Of a DNA stretch of 64,000 bases, positions 57,801 through 64,000 are shown in pieces (within the stretch, counting starts at the first letter, position 1; every line of letters begins with the position of its first letter). Under the pieces are notes generated by a model. That model had not been told where the DNA came from, did not search any database, and saw nothing but the letters and a program-made list of their open reading frames with translations. This DNA comes from a virus: IMG/VR virus record IMGVR_UViG_3300030107_004732, positions 1 through 64,000 of that record; one strand, given 5' to 3'. Position numbers and translations under genes: made by a program.

Positions 57801-58853
57801 ATAGTCAGTATTGCTATCATCTGTAAATTTAACTTGTGGAAATGCTCTATTAAATGTTTTCTGACCTGTGATTGTTTCATTGCCTGTTAAAGATACTTTA
57901 GTTGCTAAACTATTAGTAACTGTAGTAGAAAAACTTGCATCATCATTTAGTGCAGCAGCAAGTTCATTAAGTGTATCTAAAGCACCTGGCGCACCATTTA
58001 CAAGAGCGCTTATTTCTGTAGCTATTTCAGTATCTACATATGCTTTTACTGATTGTTGTGTAGGTACTTTTGTTGCCGAGTTTGAAGACATATTATCTTC
58101 ATCTACTAAATCAGCACCATCTAATTTATCTGCATTTAAATTTGTAACTACTGTTGTAGAAGCTACAGTAAAAGGAGCTGTTCCTGTTGATACATCTGAT
58201 TCAAAAGTTTGCGCTCTAAATTCATAAGCTCCTATATCAGTATTAGCACCAACACCTTCAACTATTGCCTTTTTTTGAGCAGCTGAAGTAGTTAATGTTC
58301 CGCCTGATATATCTAAAGTTCCTGTACTTGTAATATTTGCAAAAGTAGTTAAATCATTATTAAATGCACTTAGTTTTATTTCATTTATAGCTTTTCTTTT
58401 ATGCTGTTTAGGGTCTGCATCTTTATATTCTAAAACAAATAGTTCATCACCAGCTCCAATATCTGCTGTTAAATCTGCTAGAGTATCAAATTCTATATTA
58501 TCAGGATGAATACCTTCATCAGGAGAAACATTACTTACAGAATGTTGATGAATATTCCAATCAGGAATTGACAAAATATTATTTGCTGATGTCTTTATTT
58601 TTAATTTACTTGAATATAAAGTTATTTCACCAGGAGTTAATGGGATTTTACCTAAAGGAAGTTTAACTATTGTGTTATTTTCTTCATCAGTTGGTTTGTA
58701 TCTACTTAATCTTGAAGAATACCAAATACCATTCATTTTGTATAAAAAAAACGTCCCTCTTCCTGGAACCCTTCTTACAGTTGTATCACCATCTTTTCCT
58801 TCTCTTTTAGATGGCCATCCTGTTTGATATGATATGGCTTTTTGTTTTTTCAT
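54819..58853 (-). CDS. Tail fibre protein, version B, 1344 aa
   Basis: Repeated GNVGIGTTxP..LHV units and APGALDTLNELAAALNDD; homologous to 1-5204. Confidence 0.88.
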   Translation of the reverse strand: MKKQKAISYQTGWPSKREGKDGDTTVRRVPGRGTFFLYKMNGIWYSSRLSRYKPTDEENNTIVKLPLGKIPLTPGEITLYSSKLKIKTSANNILSIPDWNIHQHSVSNVSPDEGIHPDNIEFDTLADLTADIGAGDELFVLEYKDADPKQHKRKAINEIKLSAFNNDLTTFANITSTGTLDISGGTLTTSAAQKKAIVEGVGANTDIGAYEFRAQTFESDVSTGTAPFTVASTTVVTNLNADKLDGADLVDEDNMSSNSATKVPTQQSVKAYVDTEIATEISALVNGAPGALDTLNELAAALNDDASFSTTVTNSLATKVSLTGNETITGQKTFNRAFPQVKFTDDSNTDYTEVGLTGNTFVWKTSDADINFGWRDNASNNILDLDVGDKCLTIADSNQTTFRLKIGDNGRMNMPVGGLEMENDHGYFGSFGKMGLTHMLRTSHQDLIRHQTPLTLERWNGSAWVDAISGTTSENNPTTNLTGLKNTLDGERNTAWQLDDEWRKFRFVIERESTWADDQCFYVDTTWSSTSYSSGSSAGGSMCPTMTVEMLDGTFNDSDDSANDWTTHTPFSTDWHTTGISDQWGLLMYYKNSGVHSNDTHVRITIEFPAWDASAGGNDRVNIKNIGILNTYVSDRNTGPWTTDWDRNADGYGDVNIPTGHSYKINASSVLSATTLGSGVLNSSLTSVGTISTGVWQGTAIGASYVATLNQDTTGTAAIATTVTITDNESTDENNAIIFAAGADTDGGNLGLESDGNFTYNPSDATINAGKLNLSGSGINITSDSATELNFNGGDNTNITSAGHMYLKAASTKKLYFGAGGTDSLVTLNTDGTVGIGTTSPTHLLHLDGDNADGEAILVEGHASYGGTIRYQRGTSYSWRAGVGGGSSTNSNIPASYWGIEDVSDSHTPALVIAHSTQNVGIGLTNPTETLHVDGNVKAVDGDFSGDIDIDGTSNLDDVTMTGTVQIQGGFRNDGDIDLTNAAIDIDLTDNNASALSFDSSGKAGILEIVTTNSSEKVKMSGRLDVSGITNITGTYLNVGGGYGSSGSTLDSSGNIQANGYLHVDGNVGIGTTTTVAPLTIKSNSTSSANSGFTLMDNSNTNPVVQIGEKSTDGGRLHMYDGGTLKVSLYTDGTDNFINAGNVGIGTTSPSVKLHVDSSTSDTVAIFKSSDSTARIQIQDDDTTNHIVSNNSTLSLGANNTTHAGNLNIDSNGKIGIGLTAPTTTLDVEGTVSYKHTVFSTAGPTDSIDVSDTTVLEVDTSSNNVTIGGFSGGVAGQILYIVKTDTTNFIQLEHNESPAVGTHQKIFLTTGSDERVVGYGGYTLYCNGTNWYSLSNPTGNADSG
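55336..55427. repeat. 92-bp exact direct repeat, copy 2
   Basis: Identical to bases 1-92. Confidence 0.95.
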
Positions 58854-59263
58854 TATTCAAAAGTATTTGAACTAACTTGTCGCTTTAATCTATAAATAAT
58901 AGATATATCATTAATACCAATTTCACCATTCATGCTTCCCCATAATTTTAATTGAAATCCAGTAATATTAGAAATAGGACTACCAAAATAAAATCTGTAT
59001 TCTTGAGATTTTAAGTTAGTATTTGTAGATACATTATATATTGAACCAGGTAATGGAAACCAAGTTCCGTTTTCAGAAGTTCTATAAGCAAATCTTAAAT
59101 TGTAAAATGAAGCACTTTTTGATTCAGTCATATTAATTATATATCCTAATATACTTTTTTTAGCATAAGTATTATCAAAGTCTTGCAACTTTGTTACCAT
59201 AACAAACTCATTAAGAGGTTGAGGGTTTGATGTCCATTGTTTTGAGTAAATTTGATTAGCCAT
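58853..59263 (-). CDS. Stand-alone C-terminal domain of the tail stabilisation protein, version B
   Basis: TKLQDFDNTYAKKSILGYI...INDISIIYRLK matches the C-terminus of 5204-9250. Confidence 0.7.
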   Translation of the reverse strand: MANQIYSKQWTSNPQPLNEFVMVTKLQDFDNTYAKKSILGYIINMTESKSASFYNLRFAYRTSENGTWFPLPGSIYNVSTNTNLKSQEYRFYFGSPISNITGFQLKLWGSMNGEIGINDISIIYRLKRQVSSNTFE

Positions 59264-62200
59264 TATTGAGGCTCATTTCCAAGAGATTCATCATCTAATC
59301 CTTCATCTCCTTTAGCTAAATAAGTTAAAGTTCCATTACTACCAAAATTTATAATATTTGTCATATTTTTATTAGTCCCATTATAAAAAATCCTTTTTCC
59401 AAAAGTCCAAAAATCTCCACGTATATTATAAACATAAGCGTTTCCTGAATTAATAGAAGCACCAGTACTTGATTTAATTACGAATATTTCTTTATTTTCA
59501 GGATTATATCCACATATACTTGCATCACTTACATGGTTTTTCCAATCTGTTTTATTTATTCTTAATTTAGTATTTTCCTCTCCTACTGAAGTTTCTAACA
59601 AGTCTGTAATTTCTGAAGAATCTTCTCCTTCTCTATACATATAAGCTGAATTTTTGTTAAACCAAAAAACTCCACCATCAACTTCTATTGAGTGATTTTT
59701 ACTAGTTATGCCTTTAAATTTATTTCTAGATTCAACAAAAAACTGGTCAGGAGTTCCAGATGATATATCTATAACATATAATACATTTGTTTTAAACTGA
59801 AAGATTTTATCACCAATACTAAACAAAGCAACTATTTCATCACCATCAGATATATCTAAATCTAAGACATTTTGAGGATATGGAAATACATCTAAAGAAT
59901 TAACTGGGCTATATACCATTCTATCATTATATCTAGTTTTTGCATTACCTTCTGTAACTTCAATATTACCTATAAAAGCTCTTCTACCACCAATACATGC
60001 TGTTTTATATCTTATATTAGATGTTGTTGAAACATCATAAGGATTATATCCTGCAAAATCAACATATTCTTTTAATTTTGGAGCAGCATACCAACTTATT
60101 ATATCTGTTGTGCCATTGTGTAATTGAACAATATCAGAACCTTGAGTTAAAGATTTCCATTCATAAGTAGCTGTATTACCTTCAGTAGAATCTAAAGTTG
60201 TAATTTCACCACCTTTAATAAAACCTACTTGAAAGTCAATAATTCCTAAATCCCAAAATATTTCATGGTCGTCTTTTAAATCTGTAAAATATAAATGCAA
60301 TCCTTTTATTCTTCTGTCAGGAAAACATAATTCTCCTGCAGAATTTTCAGGCCTCATATATATTTGTGCTTGCAAATGTCTAAATTGTCCTTCTGTACCC
60401 ATATCAAATATGTGAGAACTACCACTACTTTGAAATGCGTGCCCAGGTAAAGACTCTGAACCATCCTTATACATAGCAGATGCATAAATTTTTATATCTG
60501 ACTCATCCCAATCTAAACCTGAATCAGTATCAACTACATCAAACTCTATTCTTACCATTGCTTCATCGGCAGACCATTCCATAGAACTAATTGTATCAGT
60601 ATAAGCATTTTTTTGAACACCTAAATTGTCTTTGTTATCTCCGTAATTACTATCTCCATTAGTATATTTCCATTCTTTAGAATTATCATCACAAAAGAAT
60701 CCAAGAAGATTTTCAGATTCCATAAATTGAAATTGTTGTTCTCCTTCACTATTTTTAAAAAATGAAGTATTATCTATAAAGCCATAATATTTGTTTTTAT
60801 TAGGTAACAAAAAATTACCTTCAATCATTCTCATTATTCCTGCTTCATTATAAAATACAGGTTTTGATTTATAATTATTTTCACTACCATAAACCCAATC
60901 AAAATTTTGTCCCTTATTTACATTAATATGTTCTCCATTAAATTTATCAACCCAACTAGATATATCTTTAGAATATACATCTAAATCAAGTTTTTTTATT
61001 GTTCCTCCACCTTCAACAGTAGTATCACTAGTTGAAACTGCTTCCGAAATTAATAAAACCTGCTCATCTGCTGCACTTGTATTATAAGCGGCAGATTGAA
61101 AATCAATATAAAAAGAAACTTTAAATCCTGCACTTTGCCCTGCTGCATCTGCTGTTAAAACTAAAGTTTTTCCACTATTTTCTTCTGTACAAGTAATATA
61201 TCCGCTAAATTGTGTATTTATCAAAGCTCTAAGATTATCTACTACATCTTCTATTGTTGCAAAATTATCTGTTAAAAATGACCTTGACCATTCTGAACCG
61301 TCTGAATTTCTAGTAATTTTAATATTTACTCTTCCTGCAACATCTAACCCTCCATCAAAAGCTAATTTCCAAACTCCTGTTATTGCATTAACTCCTCCTG
61401 ACGTTGTTTTATCTCCAGCTATTCTAAGTAAACAATTGTCTCCTGCTTCACTAACAAAACCATTTCGCCATATAGTACCTAAATTTTCCATTTGGCCTGG
61501 AACAATTTTTGAGTTAGTAAAATCACTACTATCATATAAATCATCTATAAGAGTTACACTATTTCCTAAAGTAGTCGAAACAGTTACATGAGGTCTAATA
61601 GCTTTATTATTATCTGATGTTCCAACTACATTCTTTGTTAATCTTATTTCATATCCTGCGTTATATAAAGGATTACCTAAATCATTAGTTTGATTTCCTA
61701 ATAAAGATTCTTGAGTTAATTCTGCTGTCCATCCTGATGTTGAGGTGTAATCATTAATTTCTTTTACTAACCATTGAGCAAATGAGTATTTAGAATGAGT
61801 ATAAGCTAAATAATTTTGATTAGATATATCAAAGTTATCATTATCATTATAATTATACCAAGGTAATGCAAAGTTCCAATTATCTCCAGGTTTATCTTGT
61901 ATAAGTATTTCAAAAAATCCAATACATCTTCTTGATTCATTGCCAGCTCCAAAAAATTGAGTATCATTAAAAATAGTTGAATCATTTTGTGATACATACC
62001 AAGAAATAGTATTCTTTGCAAATATAGGACCACCACCATCATAATAAATGTCAAAATCACTTCCATCCGCATCATATAAACTATTATCAAATATATCGCC
62101 TGCTTCTTGGTCTGAATCTGTATCATCAGCTGAAGAAAAATCAATAATTCTAGAACCTGCATCATCAGGCATTAAATATTCTGATGCTCCTAATTTTAAT

Positions 62201-62601
62201 CTGAACCTTAGTCTTCCAGTACTACCAGGGTCACCACTCATCATTACAACTAAATCTTCTATTGTAAATCTAGCACTTGCCTTTTCACCATTAGTAGCAA
62301 TTGCATGCTCTGTTAAAGTAAATTGTAGATTTTCATCTGAAACTAAGCCCTGCCAAGAATTATCGCTTCTTAAATAACCTAAACCTTCTCCACTAATCAA
62401 TTCACCAGCTATAGTGTTTCCTGGAATATTATTATCAACATCTTTATTACGAATAGCACTTCCTGAACCTTTAATTTGACCAAATTTATTTAAATCAAGG
62501 TTTATTGCTTCTGCTAATTCATCAGCATCTAAATCTTTGGGGTCTGAATTATTGTTCAAACCCCCAGAAAAGTTCTCTAATCTCCAAACTTCTTTAGCCA
62601 T
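59263..62601 (-). CDS. Tail stabilisation/nozzle protein, version B, 1112 aa
   Basis: ENFSGGLNNNSDPKDL, GGRRAFIGNI, RMVYSPVNSLD, DGDEIVAL; homologous to 5204-9250. Confidence 0.7.
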   Translation of the reverse strand: MAKEVWRLENFSGGLNNNSDPKDLDADELAEAINLDLNKFGQIKGSGSAIRNKDVDNNIPGNTIAGELISGEGLGYLRSDNSWQGLVSDENLQFTLTEHAIATNGEKASARFTIEDLVVMMSGDPGSTGRLRFRLKLGASEYLMPDDAGSRIIDFSSADDTDSDQEAGDIFDNSLYDADGSDFDIYYDGGGPIFAKNTISWYVSQNDSTIFNDTQFFGAGNESRRCIGFFEILIQDKPGDNWNFALPWYNYNDNDNFDISNQNYLAYTHSKYSFAQWLVKEINDYTSTSGWTAELTQESLLGNQTNDLGNPLYNAGYEIRLTKNVVGTSDNNKAIRPHVTVSTTLGNSVTLIDDLYDSSDFTNSKIVPGQMENLGTIWRNGFVSEAGDNCLLRIAGDKTTSGGVNAITGVWKLAFDGGLDVAGRVNIKITRNSDGSEWSRSFLTDNFATIEDVVDNLRALINTQFSGYITCTEENSGKTLVLTADAAGQSAGFKVSFYIDFQSAAYNTSAADEQVLLISEAVSTSDTTVEGGGTIKKLDLDVYSKDISSWVDKFNGEHINVNKGQNFDWVYGSENNYKSKPVFYNEAGIMRMIEGNFLLPNKNKYYGFIDNTSFFKNSEGEQQFQFMESENLLGFFCDDNSKEWKYTNGDSNYGDNKDNLGVQKNAYTDTISSMEWSADEAMVRIEFDVVDTDSGLDWDESDIKIYASAMYKDGSESLPGHAFQSSGSSHIFDMGTEGQFRHLQAQIYMRPENSAGELCFPDRRIKGLHLYFTDLKDDHEIFWDLGIIDFQVGFIKGGEITTLDSTEGNTATYEWKSLTQGSDIVQLHNGTTDIISWYAAPKLKEYVDFAGYNPYDVSTTSNIRYKTACIGGRRAFIGNIEVTEGNAKTRYNDRMVYSPVNSLDVFPYPQNVLDLDISDGDEIVALFSIGDKIFQFKTNVLYVIDISSGTPDQFFVESRNKFKGITSKNHSIEVDGGVFWFNKNSAYMYREGEDSSEITDLLETSVGEENTKLRINKTDWKNHVSDASICGYNPENKEIFVIKSSTGASINSGNAYVYNIRGDFWTFGKRIFYNGTNKNMTNIINFGSNGTLTYLAKGDEGLDDESLGNEPQ

Positions 62602-62780
62602 TATTTTAGAATAGCTTTCTTGATTACTTCTTCAACAGAATCATAAATAGCAGTAAGTATTTTTTCTTCTGTTTTTTCAGAAATAATAGGAATATCAACA
62701 TTTTCATTTAACTCTTTAACAATTTTTTCTTTCATTTCTTCGTTAAAGATATATTCTACTATCATTTGCTTTATATCCAT
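62601..62780 (-). CDS. Small conserved hypothetical protein, 59 aa, version B
   Basis: Homologue of 9250-9429. Confidence 0.85.
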   Translation of the reverse strand: MDIKQMIVEYIFNEEMKEKIVKELNENVDIPIISEKTEEKILTAIYDSVEEVIKKAILK

Positions 62781-62908
62781 TAGTAACTCCTTCTTCTTCT
62801 TGTTGTTGTTTTTTTGTTCATTCTTTTGCCAGTTCTACCAGCATAAGCCTTAGCGGCTGCTTTACCTTTTTTTGTATAAGGGAATTTCTTACCTCCAACT
62901 TTAGGCAT
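62780..62908 (-). CDS. Small very basic protein, 42 aa (MPKVGGKKFPYTKKGKAAAKAYAGRTGKRMNKKTTTRRRRSY)
   Basis: AGGAGGT RBS; TAATG-coupled downstream. Confidence 0.75.
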   Translation of the reverse strand: MPKVGGKKFPYTKKGKAAAKAYAGRTGKRMNKKTTTRRRRSY

Positions 62909-63113
62909 TTTTACCTCCTTTTGTTTTACAGTTACACTTAAAATTTTTAGGTGGATGTGCCATTTTTTCTAATAAATTAAGGCGTTTATCCATATCTTTA
63001 ACTTTATCGTCTAACTCATTATCATCAAATACATAAGCCATCATTTTGTCTAATTTAAAATGTTTAGTCAATCTGCTAGCTACTGCATTTATTATCATTT
63101 TAGAAACTATCAT
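62901..63113 (-). CDS. Coiled-coil hypothetical protein, version B
   Basis: Homologue of the N-terminal part of 9429-9680. Confidence 0.8.
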   Translation of the reverse strand: MIVSKMIINAVASRLTKHFKLDKMMAYVFDDNELDDKVKDMDKRLNLLEKMAHPPKNFKCNCKTKGGKNA

Positions 63114-63889
63114 TTTTTGTTTCCATCAATTAAATTACCCCATAGGGATGTTTTACCATTTATTATTTGTATTATATGCACTGTAAATAACCCTTTAGCA
63201 TAATAATCTACTATTGCAAATGCATGTGCCCAATTTATAGGTCTTCCTGCAAGCCATTCATTTGACTTTGGTCCCATATCTTTTAAGCATCCAATACTCC
63301 AAGCTGACTTTGGTCCATCCATATGAGTAGCAGACATTTGCTGTAAATCATGCCAATGCCCATACATTATATTGCAACCAAATTTCCGAATATGGTTAGC
63401 AGTATGATATTGACCACCATATTGATGGCCATGATAAAAGTATAATTTTCCCAATTTAAGATGTTTTCCGAATTTGTAATATTTATAGCCACGAACATCC
63501 AACTTAACAGCATTAGCAAATTTATACTGAGGAATATAGGGATATTTTTCAACTGCCATATTACACCAATTGTCATGATTACCCTCAGTAAAGTACTTTT
63601 CTTTACAATTAGCCTTATCGAGAGACTCATCAATTTGGTCCATTCCACGGTTAACATCTTTCACATCCTTATCAAAATCATTTATTAAATATTCTAATGG
63701 CGGTGCCTTTTTTCTCTTAAATCTCCAAGCACTAAATGCATGCCATTCACCAACGTCACCCAAATCTACATAAGCATCTGGTTTAACTATTTCAATTGTC
63801 TTTTTGAGACAGTTAATTGCAGGTTGGTCATGAAGAGGAAAGTGTTTATCTGGCGTTACTATTACTCTTTTAACCACACCTTTATCCAT
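63110..63889 (-). CDS. Calcineurin-like metallophosphoesterase, version B
   Basis: Same motifs as 10121-10906; highly similar but not identical. Confidence 0.9.
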   Translation of the reverse strand: MDKGVVKRVIVTPDKHFPLHDQPAINCLKKTIEIVKPDAYVDLGDVGEWHAFSAWRFKRKKAPPLEYLINDFDKDVKDVNRGMDQIDESLDKANCKEKYFTEGNHDNWCNMAVEKYPYIPQYKFANAVKLDVRGYKYYKFGKHLKLGKLYFYHGHQYGGQYHTANHIRKFGCNIMYGHWHDLQQMSATHMDGPKSAWSIGCLKDMGPKSNEWLAGRPINWAHAFAIVDYYAKGLFTVHIIQIINGKTSLWGNLIDGNKK

Positions 63890-63891
63890 AA

Positions 63892-64000
63892 CTACTCCTT
63901 TAGTTGTTTCTTAATTAACATTATTTTGTAAACAAAATAGACAATAGTAACTATTCCCACACCCATTTTTACTAATTCAGGTAAAAAATCCATAAATTGA
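63892..64000 (-). CDS. Probable holin, version B (5' end outside the window)
   Basis: QFMDFLPELVKMGVGIVTIVYFVYKIMLIKKQLKE, homologous to 10924-11085. Confidence 0.65.
   Translation of the reverse strand, partial: QFMDFLPELVKMGVGIVTIVYFVYKIMLIKKQLKE

Larger units (their letters stand above)
1..64000. mobile_element. Tailed dsDNA bacteriophage (podovirus-like, with crAss-type virion RNA polymerase); unit genome about 1..55335 plus a diverged second copy of the tail/lysis module
   Basis: Terminase, portal, scaffold, capsid, tail, lysozyme, primase-helicase, Erf and SSB are all present. No housekeeping genes. Dense TAATG/ATGA-coupled operons. Confidence 0.97.

Noticed and set aside
1-64000. Genome-wide stop-codon reassignment
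   Set aside because: Long genes are intact under code 11, and TGA/TAG act as normal coupled stops (e.g. ATGA overlaps at 33206-33209 and 63110-63113); only 20539-20541 is anomalous.
1-64000. CRISPR array, DGR, invertible fibre cassette, tRNAs, integrase/prophage boundaries
   Set aside because: I saw no spaced repeats, reverse transcriptase, recombinase, cloverleaf with T-loop consensus or host genes. The fibre repeats are direct and their differences are not adenine-specific.

Overview
The window is AT-rich tailed-phage (podovirus-like) DNA with no host genes. Bases 1-55335 appear to be one complete ~55.3 kb genome unit. Bases 1-92 recur exactly at 55336-55427, after which a second, diverged version of the tail-fibre/tail/lysis module runs to the window end; this is either a chimeric join of two related phages or a real alternative cassette. 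The minus strand carries the virion genes (TerS, TerL, P22-like portal, scaffold, major capsid, tail, lysis) and an ejected-protein block that includes a 2992-aa crAss-type two-barrel virion RNA polymerase (DFDVD motif). The plus strand (25169-39133) carries early and replication genes (Erf, SSB, primase-helicase, resolvase), with no recognisable stand-alone DNA polymerase or integrase. The most notable result is a compact phage-encoded ubiquitin-like conjugation cassette at 30309-33859: a Ubl ending GG-DQ, an E2-like protein, a JAB/JAMM protease and a ThiF/E1 enzyme. Other candidates are a ~410-nt highly structured ncRNA, several smaller structured intergenic RNAs, an McsA-like Zn-finger/UVR protein, a small ORF interrupted by one in-frame UGA with a SECIS-like hairpin (possible selenoprotein), and a prion-like low-complexity protein between terminase and portal. 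All calls come from motifs read by eye; no database search was run.
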